Shown piece by piece: positions 1 through 11,381 of a DNA stretch of 64,000 bases. Numbering within the stretch: position 1 is the stretch's first letter; every line of letters starts with the position of its first letter. Origin of the DNA: a virus (taxonomy: Duplodnaviria > Caudoviricetes); the IMG/VR virus record IMGVR_UViG_3300009161_003648, positions 1-64,000 of that record; one strand, written 5' to 3'. Made by a program: the position numbers and the translations under genes. The notes beneath the pieces were generated by a model that was not told where the DNA came from, searched no databases, and saw only the letters and a list, made by a program, of their open reading frames with translations.

Positions 1-3000
1 ATTCCACTTATTCCAGAAATACCCGACAATCCACTTATTCCACTTATTCCAGAAATACCCGACAATCCACTTATTCCACTTATTCCAGAAATACCACTCA
101 ATCCTGAAATACCACTTAAACCTGAAATACCTGAAAGACCACTTTGACCTGATATGCCTGATATACCACTGATTCCACTCAACCCTGATATACCTGAAAG
201 ACCACTTATACCACTTTGACCTGATATGCCTGATATACCACTCAACCCTGATATACCTGAAGTACCAGATATACCACTTAAACCGCTTATACCACTTCTA
301 CCTGAAAGTCCACTTAAACCACTAACACCATCACAAACATATGAAGTACATGCAATTGTACCACTACCATTTAAAGCACCATTAGTAATTATGGTATATC
401 CATTAAATGAGTATAACCCAGCACCTACGCTTGTACCTGTAACTTGGAAGATTAAAAAATTAGTTGGACTAGTTGGATTAACCATTTGTATTTTACAACC
501 AGCGGCTATTCCTGTTAACCAAGTAGTTGCATTACCTGTTGTACCTGTTGTTATTCCAAGGTCAACATAAGATGTTGTACTTAACTGAATTATTGTTGGT
601 GGGTTAGTATCAAATCCATAAGCTCCAGCCCCACCACCACCTTGTTTGTAAATTAAAGAATTGCTACCACAAGTACCAAACAATCCTGATACACCACTAA
701 TACCACTTCTACCTGACAATCCACTTATACCAGACATTCCACTTATTCCACTTAAACCAGATGTACCTGAAATTCCGCTTAAACCTGAAATACCAGATGT
801 TCCTGACAATCCACTTATTCCACTAGTTCCTGAAATACCACTAATTCCACTTATGCCAATTATACCTGATAATCCGCTAATTCCTGAAGTACCTGATATG
901 CCGCTTAAACCTGAGATACCTGAAGTACCTGATATACCACTTGTACCACTAATACCGCTTAATCCACTAATTCCAGATATACCTGATGTACCTGATATAC
1001 CACTTATACCACTAATTCCTGATGTTCCTGAGATTCCACTAATACCTGATAAACCAGAAACACCTGATATTCCACTCAATCCGCTAATTCCTGATGTTCC
1101 GCTAATTCCACTTAAACCACTAATACCACTTAATCCACTAATTCCACTTATTCCTGATGTACCTGATATTCCGCTTAATCCTGAAATACCCGATAATCCT
1201 GAAATACCGCTTAAACCCGATATTCCTGATGTTCCAGATATACCACTAATCCCTGAAATTCCACTAATTCCACTTAATCCTGATGTACCACTTATACCTG
1301 ATATTCCACTCTGGCCCGATGTTCCCGATATTCCTGAGATTCCACTAGTACCACTAATACCCGATATACCACTAATACCCAGTATACCTGATATTCCACT
1401 TAAACCCGAAGTACCGCTAATTCCTGAGATACCGCTTTGACCTGAAATACCTGATATTCCACTTATTCCGCTTGTGCCAATCAATCCACTTATACCACTA
1501 ATACCTGAAGTACCACTAATTCCTGATATTCCACTTTGACCCGATGTTCCTGATATACCACTAATACCACTTAAACCCGATGTGCCTGATATTCCTGAAA
1601 TACCTGAAGTACCACTTTGACCTGATATTCCACTAATTCCACTTAATCCTGATGTACCACTTATTCCACTTATTCCACTTTGTCCCGATATTCCAGAAAT
1701 TCCTGAAGTTCCAGATATCCCACTTATTCCTGATATACCCAATAAACCAGAGACACCTGAAGTTCCTAATAATCCACTAATACCTGACGTACCTGAGATT
1801 CCTGATATTCCGCTAGTACCACTAATACCCGATATACCGCTGATTCCTTGTAAACCACTAATTCCTGACGTACCTGAGATACCCGAAATACCCGATATTC
1901 CTGAAGTACCAGATATTCCACTCAAACCCGATGTTCCTGAGATACCACTTAAACCCGAAGTACCTGAGATTCCTGAGATACCACTTTGACCTGATATACC
2001 ACTCAACCCTGATATACCTGAAGCACCTGAAATACCTGAAATTCCTGATATTCCACTAATTCCTGATTGACCGCTTATACCACTAATTCCACTTAATCCT
2101 GAAGTACCTGAGATTCCTGATATTCCACTTTGACCTGATATTCCCGATATTCCTGATGTACCACTTATCCCACTTATACCACTTTGACCTGATATACCAC
2201 TCAACCCTGATATACCTGAAGCACCTGAAATACCTGAAATACCACTTATTCCACTTAAACCAGATGTTCCTGATATCCCACTTATACCTGATGTTCCACT
2301 TATACCTGAGATACCGCTTTGACCAGAAGTACCACTTATTCCTGAGATACCGCTTTGACCTAAAATACCTGAAATTCCACTAATACCACTTGTTCCACTT
2401 AATCCGCTTATACCTGAAGTACCACTTATTCCTGAGATACCACTTTGACCCGATATACCCGATATTCCTGATATTCCTGACGTTCCGCTTATTCCACTTA
2501 TACCACTAGTTCCTAAAATACCGCTTATACCTGAAGTACCACTTATACCGCTGATTCCACTTTGACCCGAAATACCACTTAAACCTGATATTCCTGAGCC
2601 ACCAGTACCTGAGATACCACTAATACCAGATGTTCCTGATATCCCACTTATTCCACTTAAACCCGAAGTACCTGAAATTCCTGATATTCCCGATGTACCT
2701 GATATTCCACTAATACCCGACGTTCCTGATATTCCCGAGATACCTGAAGTACCCGAGATTCCACTTATTCCACTTATTCCACTGGTACCTAATAAACCCG
2801 AGATACCAGATGTACCTGAGATTCCAGAAATTCCTGAAGTTCCTGATATTCCGCTTATACCACTTAAACCACTAATTCCGCTTTGACCTGATATTCCTGA
2901 AATACCACTTGTACCACTGATTCCACTGATACCTGATATACCTGATGTACCACTTATACCACTGATTCCTGATGTACCTAATAACCCACTAATACCCGAT

Positions 3001-5873
3001 GTTCCTAATATACCTGAAATACCACTTAACCCACTTATACCCGAAGTACCCAATAAACCCGAAATACCAGATGTACCACTAATTCCACTAATACCACTTG
3101 TTCCACTTAATCCACTTATACCTGATGTTCCACTTATACCACTAATACCTGAGATACCTGATATTCCTGATGTACCACTTAAACCTGATATACCTGAAAT
3201 ACCCGATATTCCACTTTGTCCTGAGATTCCACTTATACCACTATTACCTAACAAACCCGATATACCTGATGTTCCCAAAATTCCACTTATACCCGAAATA
3301 CCACTTAATCCACTTATACCGCTAGTTCCTGAAATACCCGAGATACCTGATGTACCAGATATACCCGATATACCACTTTGACCTGATATACCACTTATTC
3401 CTGATGTACCTAATATACCACTGATTCCTGAAGTACCTGAAATACCTGAGATACCACTAGTACCTTCTATACCACTTATACCACTTATACCTGAAGTACC
3501 TGAGATTCCTGAAATTCCTGATGTACCACTTATTCCAGAGATACCTGAAGTACCTAAGATTCCTGAAATACCCGATGTACCTTGAATACCACTTATACCT
3601 GAAGTACCCTGTAAGCCTGAAATACCTGAAGTACCACTTATACCGCTAATTCCACTTTGACCTGACGTTCCTGAAATACCACTAATTCCGCTAATTCCAC
3701 TTAAACCACTAATTCCGCTTTGACCTGAGATTCCTGATATCCCACTGATACCAGAAGTTCCTAATAAACCACTTATTCCTGAAGTTCCACTGATACCTGA
3801 GATTCCTGAAGTACCTGATATACCTAAAATACCACTTAAACCACTTGTGCCACTTATACCTGAGATTCCTGATACTCCACTAGCACCGCTAATACCACTT
3901 ATACCTGAAGCCCCTGATAAACCACTAACTCCCGATATACCACTAACACCTGATTGTCCTGATAATCCACTAATTCCTGAAACACCACTCTGTCCGCTTA
4001 TACCACTAATACCTGATGTACCACTTATTCCTGATTGACCGCTTATTCCACTTACACCCGATATTCCACTCTGTCCGCTTATACCACTAATACCTGATGC
4101 ACCACTAATACCTGATGCACCCGATGTACCTACAGTACCACTTAATCCACTTAATCCACTTTGTCCTGAAATTCCTGATTGGCCACTTATTCCTGAAGTA
4201 CCTACAGTTCCTGATAAACCACTAACTCCCGAAGTACCACTTATTCCCGATATTCCACTCGTTCCAACAGTTCCTGATATGCCACTAATACCTGAAGTGC
4301 CTACTAACCCTGAAATTCCACTTGTACCAACTGTACCTGATAATCCACTAATACCACTTGTTCCCGAAGTACCCACTATTCCTGATATACCACTTGTACC
4401 GACTGTACCTGATAATCCACTAATACCTGAAGTGCCTACTAACCCTGAAATTCCACTTGTACCTACTAACCCTGAAATTCCACTTTGTCCTGAAATTCCG
4501 CTCACACCACTTATTCCCAATACACCTGATTGCCCTAATAATCCACTAATACCTGATGTACTATTACCACTTATACCACTAATTCCTGATGTACTATTAC
4601 CGCTAATACCCGATATACCTGATGTGCCTGCACCTGACAAACCACTAATACCACTTTGTCCATTACCATCCAAACCACTTATACCTGATATACCAACACC
4701 ACTTTGTCCTGATAAACCTGAAGTTCCACTTTGTCCTGATAAACCTGAAATTCCACTTGTTCCTTGTAATCCACTAATACCTGATATACCACTAATACCT
4801 GATTGACCAGATATACCCGATATACCCGATGTTCCTGATGTTCCACTTAAACCACTAATTCCGCTAGTACCGCTTATACCACTTATTCCTGAAATACCAG
4901 AGGTACCTAATAAACCACTAACTCCTGATGTTCCGCTAATTCCTGAGATTCCTGATGTACCAGATATACCTGACGTACCTAATAAACCACTTATACCACT
5001 TGTACCAGATATTCCACTAATTCCTGACGCACCACCCAACCCACTTAGACCCGAGATACCTGAAGTTCCCAATAATCCACTAAAACCGCTTAAACCTAAA
5101 ACACCACTTAATCCGCTAATACCACTTGCACCTGATAGACCACTTATTCCTGACGCCCCACTCAAACCACTAATTCCTGAAAAGCCACTTATACCACTAA
5201 ATCCTGAGATTCCACTAAGTCCACTTATACCAGAAGTCCCTGAAAGACCTGATATACCTGATAGACCATTTATACCGCTTGCCCCACTCAATCCTGAAAT
5301 TCCGCTTGCACCTGACAAACCACTGACACCTGAAAGTCCACTGATACCTGAGGTACCACTTAATCCACTTACACCGCTAAGTCCTGATATACCCGAAAGT
5401 CCACTAATTCCACTCGTACCTGATAAACCGCTAATACCTGATATTCCACTTAATCCTGATATTCCTGACAATCCACTAACGCCACTCAAACCACTTATTC
5501 CTGATGCCCCACTTAATCCACTTATACCACTAAAACCTGATATACCTGACAATCCACTTATTCCTAACGCACCACTCAATCCTGAAATACCACTTGTACC
5601 ACTTAGTCCCGAGATTCCTGACGCACCACTGATTCCTGATGTTCCACTTAAACCACTAATTCCTGATGTACTATTACCGCTAATACCTGATGTTCCACTT
5701 AGTCCGCTAATACCGCTAAAACCTGAGATTCCACTCAATCCTGATATACCTGATAATCCACTGATACCCGAGGTACCACTAAGTCCAGAAATACCTGAAA
5801 GTCCTGATATTCCACTCAAGCCGTTAATACCGCTAAAACCTGAGATTCCACTCAATCCTGTAATACCACTAAC
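1..5873 (-). repeat. 9-bp-period coding repeat (Gly-X-Ser triplets), interrupted by a non-repeat island at ~335-680
   Basis: + strand shows continuous ccactt/cctgat/cctgaa/attcc units with CC every 9 nt. An exact 36-bp tandem unit (ccacttattccacttattccagaaatacccgacaat) occurs at 1-93. Confidence 0.95.
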
Positions 5874-6365
5874 ATTAAATGTACCTCCGCTATTATTTGT
5901 AAATATTAACGTACTAGCAGCAGCGCTATATGTACCACCAGTTACAAATATATCTTTTGGTAAGTTTTGATATGTTGTTGCAGATATCGTATTTGCCGTT
6001 AATCCACTTAAGAAATTTGTCGACCCACTAACCGTACCACCACTTAACGGTAAATAGTTACCAGACGCTGTTGATGTTGAACCAGTTGTAAAACCTGTAA
6101 CCTGAAATGTACCACCTGTTGAGTTAACAAATGTTGCAGTACCTGTACTATTATTATATGTACCACCTGTTACATAAACATTTGACGATGAACCAGTTAT
6201 ACCTGATAAACTTATAGTAAAAGCTGAATATTGGTCAATTCTATTTTGTGTTAGGATAATATTGTTTGATGACAGGGTAAACCCAGTCACAAAAGTATCA
6301 TCAAGCAATAATGGCTCAATTATAAATGTTTCATTAATATCTCCAAAGTTATTTACACAGCTCAT
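1..6365 (-). CDS. Giant collagen-like (Gly-X-Ser)n fibre protein, 3'-partial (>2,120 aa; runs off left edge)
   Basis: ATG at 6365-6363 overlaps the TGA of the upstream gene (ATGA). Manual translation gives [18 protein letters not shown]...[28 protein letters not shown]..., then ([12 protein letters not shown])n from ~5870 to the edge. The frame is the same at both ends and at every spot check; the + strand Pro-rich ORFs in the track are all the antisense of this one frame. Not every codon was checked for stops. Confidence 0.92.
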   Translation of the reverse strand, partial: MSCVNNFGDINETFIIEPLLLDDTFVTGFTLSSNNIILTQNRIDQYSAFTISLSGITGSSSNVYVTGGTYNNSTGTATFVNSTGGTFQVTGFTTGSTSTASGNYLPLSGGTVSGSTNFLSGLTANTISATTYQNLPKDIFVTGGTYSAAASTLIFTNNSGGTFNVSGITGLSGISGFSGINGLSGISGLSGISGLSGTSGISGLSGISGLSGISGFSGISGLSGTSGISGNSTSGISGLSGTSGISGASGISGLSGTSGISGLSGALGISGLSGISGFSGISGLSGASGISGLSGVSGLSGISGLSGISGISGLSGTSGISGLSGISGLSGVSGLSGTSGISGLSGVSGLSGASGISGLSGASGINGLSGISGLSGTSGISGLSGISGFSGISGFSGISGLSGASGISGLSGASGISGLSGVLGLSGFSGLLGTSGISGLSGLGGASGISGISGTSGISGLLGTSGISGTSGISGISGTSGVSGLLGTSGISGISGISGTSGISGLSGTSGTSGISGISGQSGISGISGISGLQGTSGISGLSGQSGTSGLSGQSGVGISGISGLDGNGQSGISGLSGAGTSGISGISGNSTSGISGISGNSTSGISGLLGQSGVLGISGVSGISGQSGISGLVGTSGISGLVGTSGISGLSGTVGTSGISGIVGTSGTSGISGLSGTVGTSGISGLVGTSGISGISGTVGTSGISGISGTSGVSGLSGTVGTSGISGQSGISGQSGLSGLSGTVGTSGASGISGASGISGISGQSGISGVSGISGQSGISGTSGISGISGQSGVSGISGLSGQSGVSGISGVSGLSGASGISGISGASGVSGISGISGTSGLSGILGISGTSGISGISGTSGISGLLGTSGISGISGISGQSGISGLSGISGISGISGTSGQSGISGISGTSGISGLQGTSGISGIQGTSGISGILGTSGISGISGTSGISGISGTSGISGISGIEGTSGISGISGTSGISGILGTSGISGISGQSGISGISGTSGISGISGTSGISGLSGISGISGILGTSGISGLLGNSGISGISGQSGISGISGISGLSGTSGISGISGISGISGTSGISGLSGTSGISGISGTSGISGLLGTSGISGLSGISGILGTSGISGLLGTSGISGISGTSGISGISGISGTSGISGISGQSGISGLSGISGISGTSGISGISGTSGISGLLGTSGISGISGISGTSGISGISGTSGISGISGTSGISGISGTSGLSGISGISGTSGISGISGTGGSGISGLSGISGQSGISGISGTSGISGILGTSGISGISGTSGISGISGISGQSGISGISGTSGISGLSGTSGISGISGILGQSGISGISGTSGQSGISGISGTSGISGISGTSGLSGISGISGISGASGISGLSGISGQSGISGISGTSGISGISGQSGISGISGTSGLSGISGISGQSGISGISGISGISGASGISGLSGISGQSGISGISGTSGLSGISGTSGLSGISGTSGISGISGISGTSGISGLQGISGISGISGTSGISGISGTSGISGLLGTSGVSGLLGISGISGISGTSGISGISGQSGISGISGTSGLSGISGISGQSGTSGISGISGTSGLSGISGISGTSGQSGISGISGTSGISGISGLIGTSGISGISGISGQSGISGISGTSGLSGISGILGISGISGISGTSGISGISGTSGQSGISGISGTSGLSGISGISGISGISGTSGISGLSGISGLSGISGLSGISGTSGISGISGLSGISGLSGISGTSGISGLSGISGVSGLSGISGISGTSGISGISGISGTSGISGISGLSGISGTSGISGTSGISGLSGISGTSGISGLSGIIGISGISGISGTSGISGLSGTSGISGLSGISGTSGLSGISGMSGISGLSGRSGISGVSGLFGTCGSNSLIYKQGGGGAGAYGFDTNPPTIIQLSTTSYVDLGITTGTTGNATTWLTGIAAGCKIQMVNPTSPTNFLIFQVTGTSVGAGLYSFNGYTIITNGALNGSGTIACTSYVCDGVSGLSGLSGRSGISGLSGISGTSGISGLSGISGISGQSGISGLSGISGLSGISGISGISGQSGLSGISGLSGISGLSGISGISGISGLSGISGISGISGLSGISGISG

Positions 6366-7414
6366 ATTGTATTACCGATTAATTGAAATTTACCTGTTGC
6401 TAAATTTGATTTATAAACTCTTATACTAACAGTACTATTAGCACTTATTGCTATTGGCGATGTTAATGTCAATCCGTCAAACACCCCAACACCATTAACT
6501 GATATAACAATCCTGCTAATATCCTCAACATTTATTAGTTGGTTAAAACTAATAGCATATTGTGCATTAAATGAAAACCTAGGCTCAGACCTTGGTTTAA
6601 ATACAAACGTATACGTTGCAGTATTACCTCTTACAATAGGGTCAAATATAACATTATGAAATGTTTTATTTTCATCCAACTCAATTAGTGTATAAACTCT
6701 ATTAATTGTTGGAATAACCTCAAAATCATTTTCATCTAAAATATATCCAAGCAGTGTCATATCAAATAATTGAACATAAAACCTTCTATTTTCAAAATCG
6801 TCAATATTACTTTCATCACTAATACCTTCCAAATGAACAGGCATTGGGTGACCCTTAACGTTAATGTATGCTTGTCTTGACTGAAACGTTCTTTGAACTA
6901 AAGAATTTAATTTATTTAAATCTTTCATTCTATTTGTAAAAATCCTAACCTCATAACTAATATCAACCGATGTCGGTTGTGGTACTTTATATACATCAAC
7001 GCCCTTTCTAGCACCATCCCAAGTTGGAACCTTCATATATGTATAGGTTCTGTTGCCTGGGATATTGTAGTTACCTGCTTGATTTTGCCCTACTTGCGCA
7101 TCTGGTTTTCTAACGATTGTAATAAAGGGTAATTGAATATCTTTATATTTATCACTAAACTGCCAAGTTTTTGTAAACTCAGACCATCTTTGTATTGTTA
7201 AAAACAACACAGGTACCTTTTCACCATCAACAGTTATACTTAATTCATTTTTAACAAAATCAACAAATGTTTCATCCATATCTTCTTCAGAAACACCTCT
7301 AGGCAAAAATGTTCCATGGTCAGCAATATCATCAAGAATTTCTTGCCTTCTTTCTGGACCTATTTTACCTGGGTTAATGTTTATGTTATTTCTAAAGCCT
7401 TTTGGAACTGCCAT
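6362..7414 (-). CDS. Putative tail-completion/terminator protein (T4 gp15-like) with C-terminal beta-rich extension
   Basis: 350-aa ORF next to neck-like genes. The LPFITIVR ... [11 protein letters not shown] pattern resembles tail terminator proteins; family call from resemblance and context. Confidence 0.5.
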   Translation of the reverse strand: MAVPKGFRNNININPGKIGPERRQEILDDIADHGTFLPRGVSEEDMDETFVDFVKNELSITVDGEKVPVLFLTIQRWSEFTKTWQFSDKYKDIQLPFITIVRKPDAQVGQNQAGNYNIPGNRTYTYMKVPTWDGARKGVDVYKVPQPTSVDISYEVRIFTNRMKDLNKLNSLVQRTFQSRQAYINVKGHPMPVHLEGISDESNIDDFENRRFYVQLFDMTLLGYILDENDFEVIPTINRVYTLIELDENKTFHNVIFDPIVRGNTATYTFVFKPRSEPRFSFNAQYAISFNQLINVEDISRIVISVNGVGVFDGLTLTSPIAISANSTVSIRVYKSNLATGKFQLIGNTI

Positions 7415-7435
7415 TTCTTAATATTTAATTTAATT

Positions 7436-7957
7436 TTATACACCCCTAAATTCAGAAGCGTCTACTGGCGCACAAACAACTGTTCTAAACGCCCCTTTCC
7501 ACCCCATTATTGTATGTGCGTTATCAAAATTCTTTTTTCCGTCATTTGAAACACTAAAATATCTTATATCTGTTTCAGTCACTGGGTATCCTATATAATC
7601 ACCGTAAGCTATATCAATTTTCTGTTCAGTAAGCTGAGCATCATAAATACCAAATGTCAATTGCCCATCTTGTAAATATCTAGCCGAACCATTTGAATTA
7701 TAACTTTTATTTTCTGGCTCTGCCATTATAGGTATTACCTTAAGCTCAATCGGTGGAAAAAATCTAATACCATCTTTAGTTGCCTCGGTATACAAATTAT
7801 CATATTGCGTCATATCTCTGTCAACTCTATAAAGGATAAGAGTAAAGTTACCATCACCCTCAATAGCCTCCCTACCCATACTAACTTCTAGTTCAAAATC
7901 TTCACCAGAAAAAAACTTGTTTATACGCGTAATTGGTGTTATTTTAGAGTTTGCCAT
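7436..7957 (-). CDS. Putative head-closure/neck protein (T4 gp14-like)
   Basis: 173 aa. Contains LYRVD...DNLYTEA...F.PPIEL and LTFGIY...GDYI patterns typical of gp14-like head-closure proteins; structural-gene context. Confidence 0.55.
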   Translation of the reverse strand: MANSKITPITRINKFFSGEDFELEVSMGREAIEGDGNFTLILYRVDRDMTQYDNLYTEATKDGIRFFPPIELKVIPIMAEPENKSYNSNGSARYLQDGQLTFGIYDAQLTEQKIDIAYGDYIGYPVTETDIRYFSVSNDGKKNFDNAHTIMGWKGAFRTVVCAPVDASEFRGV

Positions 7958-8066
7958 ATCTTTTATTCATAAATATTTAGATTAAGTTAAATATTCTTAA
8001 GTACTTGATTTTATTTGATATTTTATTATATTAGTAATATAATATTTATATTAAAACACAATCAAA

Positions 8067-9914
8067 TTGATTAATCTTGATGATATTAAAGGTCATTCAG
8101 CGCTTAGCCTACTGGAAGAATATTCTGGTATAAATCCGTATATTCGCAAAATGAAAAAAGAATATTTAAAAAACAAAAAGGTTAAATTAACGGAAACGCA
8201 AATAAAATATATTATTGATAACCACCAAAAAGAACCTATACCTATAAATAAAGTCGTAAATATTACACCTTTTTTAGGCGAAGAACTTCAAAAAAAAGAA
8301 GAATTATCATTTCTTCCAGAAAGAGTTTTGATTGAATACATTTTAGCAGAAAACGAAAAAACATTTCATGTATATGGTAAATTAAAAAGAAACCAAACAG
8401 AATCAAAAATGTATTGGTTACCAAAAACACAAGTTTTGGATGACCCATATTATGAAAAAATAGATATAGAAGTAAATTTTGATAAATACAATGATATCTT
8501 AAAGAAGAGTGGCAAACAATTATATCAGCATCAGGAAGAAGGTATCAAGTTCCTTTTATCTAGAAACGGAAGCATATTAGCTGACGATATGGGTCTTGGT
8601 AAATCAATACAGTCAATTATAGCAGCTCTAGAAAGCGGTGCTAAAAATATACTAATTGTCTGTCCTTCAGCGGTTAAGATAAACTGGAAACGTGAAATTA
8701 ATGTATTTTGTGATGATGTTGCAATTGTTGAAGGTAGGAAATGGCAAAAAGCAAAGTTTACCATAATAAACTACGACATTTTAAAGAATTTTCATACATT
8801 AGGTGACGGCAAGAAAAAAGAATCTACTGACCCTGTATTAGAATACAATAGACATATTGTTAATTCTAATTTTGATTTAGCAATTGTGGATGAAGCACAT
8901 TATTTAAAAAACAATAAAAGTATTCGTGGAGAAATTATGGTTGACTTAACGGTTAAGTATAATATTGACAAAGTTTGGTTGTTAACTGGAACACCAATCG
9001 CTAATAGACCCATGGACTTTTTTAACCTACTAAAGATAATAAAGTCACCAATAGCTGACAATTGGCAATATTTTGCTACTAGATATTGTGATGCAAGAAA
9101 AATGTTTAGAACATTAAAAAATGGTCGTAAAAAACAAATATGGTTAACGGATGGCGCCTCAAATCTAGACGAATTAGCAGCAAAAACAAAAAATTTAATT
9201 CTTAGAAGATTGAAAGAGAATGTGTTAGATATGCCAGACAAAATTATTACACCTATGTATCATCAATTATCAGATAAGGGATGGGACGAGTATGATAGAC
9301 TTTGGGAAGACTATTTGGAAAAAAGAAAAGCTGAAAAAAAGAAAGGTCCAGTACAAAAAGATTTAGTTGAATTAATTCTTTTAAGAAAATTTATTGCGAT
9401 GGAAGCAATTCCACAAACAATTGAAATGGTTGAAAATATATTGGAAACTGGTAAAAAAGTTATTATCTTTACTAGTTTTACAGATGAGTTAAATGAATTA
9501 GCGGAACATTTTGATAAATTATGTGTAACACATAATGGTCCTATGAATGATAAGGAAAAACAACGTTCAGTTGACAATTTCCAAAATAACGATAAAATTA
9601 AAGTATTTATAGGTAATATTAAATCAGCTGGTGTTGGTATTACATTAACAAAAGCAAATTTCGTTGTATTCAATTCATTTGATTGGGTCCCAGGCCAAAA
9701 CGAACAAGCTGAAGACAGAGCATATAGAATTGGGCAAAATAACAACGTAAATGTTTATTATCAAATGTTTGAAGATACAATATCAACAAGAATGTGGGAA
9801 ACACTTAGAACAAAAAAAGATATTATTTCCACAATCATAGGTGATAGCCAACTATCCGATGAAGAAATTATTGAAATAATGACAGATAAATTAATTGATG
9901 AAGACAATGGTTAG
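8067..9914 (+). CDS. SNF2-family (SF2) helicase/annealing ATPase
   Basis: Motifs LYQHQEEG, LADDMGLGKS (Walker A), IVDEAH, LLTGTP, GVGITL and QAEDRAYRIGQ. Confidence 0.95.
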   Translation: MINLDDIKGHSALSLLEEYSGINPYIRKMKKEYLKNKKVKLTETQIKYIIDNHQKEPIPINKVVNITPFLGEELQKKEELSFLPERVLIEYILAENEKTFHVYGKLKRNQTESKMYWLPKTQVLDDPYYEKIDIEVNFDKYNDILKKSGKQLYQHQEEGIKFLLSRNGSILADDMGLGKSIQSIIAALESGAKNILIVCPSAVKINWKREINVFCDDVAIVEGRKWQKAKFTIINYDILKNFHTLGDGKKKESTDPVLEYNRHIVNSNFDLAIVDEAHYLKNNKSIRGEIMVDLTVKYNIDKVWLLTGTPIANRPMDFFNLLKIIKSPIADNWQYFATRYCDARKMFRTLKNGRKKQIWLTDGASNLDELAAKTKNLILRRLKENVLDMPDKIITPMYHQLSDKGWDEYDRLWEDYLEKRKAEKKKGPVQKDLVELILLRKFIAMEAIPQTIEMVENILETGKKVIIFTSFTDELNELAEHFDKLCVTHNGPMNDKEKQRSVDNFQNNDKIKVFIGNIKSAGVGITLTKANFVVFNSFDWVPGQNEQAEDRAYRIGQNNNVNVYYQMFEDTISTRMWETLRTKKDIISTIIGDSQLSDEEIIEIMTDKLIDEDNG

Positions 9915-10161
9915 ATTATACACAGTTGAAAACTGCCCATATTGTGCAGAATTAAAAGAAATTTTTAAAAACGAAGGTGTTGAATTTGTTGAAGTTGATG
10001 TTAATAAACCAGAAAATGAACCTGAGTTTAATAAGCTATATGAAATAGCAAAATGTGACGATGTACCAATGGTTAAAGTTGGACCTCAAATCCTTATTCC
10101 ACATACTTCATTTAGAAGTATTAGAGAAGCTGCCGATTTAACTAAGAAGTTTTTAGTTTAA
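9895..10161 (+). CDS. Glutaredoxin (NrdH/Grx-like)
   Basis: CPYC active site and VP cis-Pro motif; 88 aa. Confidence 0.9.
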   Translation: MMKTMVRLYTVENCPYCAELKEIFKNEGVEFVEVDVNKPENEPEFNKLYEIAKCDDVPMVKVGPQILIPHTSFRSIREAADLTKKFLV

Positions 10162-10198
10162 TTCGTTATTTTCAAATATTTATAAGAAAATAACAAAT

Positions 10199-11347
10199 AT
10201 GGCAGTTAGCTCAGAAGACCGTGATAGATTATTCACACAATTTAGACATTCAGTTGGTGCACCTATTCGCCAGATAGAGATGACAGATGACCAACTGTGT
10301 ACCTTATTAGACATAGCAATAGAAGACTATGCTCAATATGTTCAAGAATGGCTTGTAGAACACCAATGGCTATCAATTCTTGGCAAAAATATCGATACAA
10401 TTGATATGGCATTTGCACTTAGTGTTAGGTCATTTGATTTTGTGACACAATACACATACGCTTATTCAAAACAAGTTGGCTTACAAATAGCTGGCCCATG
10501 GGAATTGAAAAAAGATTATGTTGAACTTGAAGAAGGTAGACAAGTATACCAAATCCCTGCAGGTAGAGAAATAAATGAAGTTCTTTGGTTGACACCAACA
10601 GCTATTAGTCAAGCATTATTGGCAAATTATGGTGGTATCGATTATGGGTTTGGCGGCGGATTTGCACAAATGGGCGGTGGTTACGGGACAGCTGGTACAG
10701 GTACTGGTGGTGGTAGAAGTGGATATTATATATCTCCAGCTTTTGATATCCTTTTAACAGCTTCAGATATGAATCTTAAAAATAGAATCGTCAGAAGTGA
10801 ATTAGTATATAAAATAACAGCAGGTCCAAATGGTACAAAACTATTACATCTCCTAAGTACCCCAGGCTCAAGACTATCATTTGGTCAAGGTATTGGTGGT
10901 GTTGGCAACTCAATTAACTTAGCTGGCTGTCAAGTATGGTATCACTATTATGATACAGATGGCTCAAACGTAGACGAATGTAGAAGAGATAATCCAGATA
11001 TCATTAAATTACCAAATGAAGTACCACTTTCAAAATTAGATTATTCAACATTTAACGAACCAACTAAAACTCTTATTAGACAATTATTTATTGCTGAAGC
11101 AAAGAGAGCGCTAGGTAGGGTTAGAGGTAAGTTTGGAGGTATTGTAGGTCCACCAGAGGCTGAAAGAACAATGGACTATGAAACCCTTATCAGCGAAGGT
11201 AACGACGAAAGAAAGGCTGTTTTAGAAAGATTGGACGCAAGACTTGACAGACTTTCATCCACAAAACAACTTGAAAGAGCTGCAAACGAGTCAGAATATT
11301 TAAATAAACAATTAAAATATAGACCGCTAGGTTTCTGGGTATATTAA
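10199..11347 (+). CDS. Neck/head-tail adaptor protein (T4 gp13-like)
   Basis: N-terminal VGAPIRQIEMTDDQL...AIEDY and C-terminal KRALGRVRGKF...G resemble gp13-type adaptors. Confidence 0.7.
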   Translation: MAVSSEDRDRLFTQFRHSVGAPIRQIEMTDDQLCTLLDIAIEDYAQYVQEWLVEHQWLSILGKNIDTIDMAFALSVRSFDFVTQYTYAYSKQVGLQIAGPWELKKDYVELEEGRQVYQIPAGREINEVLWLTPTAISQALLANYGGIDYGFGGGFAQMGGGYGTAGTGTGGGRSGYYISPAFDILLTASDMNLKNRIVRSELVYKITAGPNGTKLLHLLSTPGSRLSFGQGIGGVGNSINLAGCQVWYHYYDTDGSNVDECRRDNPDIIKLPNEVPLSKLDYSTFNEPTKTLIRQLFIAEAKRALGRVRGKFGGIVGPPEAERTMDYETLISEGNDERKAVLERLDARLDRLSSTKQLERAANESEYLNKQLKYRPLGFWVY

Positions 11348-11353
11348 AATATT

Positions 11354-11380
11354 AATGGGAGGCAAAACCTCCCATTTTTT
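11354..11380. terminator. Intrinsic terminator, probably bidirectional, between convergent neck and polB genes
   Basis: AATGGGAGG-caaaa-CCTCCCATT followed by a T run. Confidence 0.85.
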
Positions 11381-11381
11381 A

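Noticed and set aside
226-4806. + strand Pro-rich ORFs (PDIPLIP…) and the His/Leu/Tyr ORF at 2156-2383
   Set aside because: They are antisense or out-of-frame shadows of the Gly-X-Ser gene: CCN codons mirror Gly codons, and they are broken wherever the true frame has Gln (TGA on +).
1-5873. Possible CRISPR array or non-coding satellite
   Set aside because: There are no constant repeats with unique spacers. Variation falls at synonymous positions with a strict 9-nt period, so the repeat is coding.
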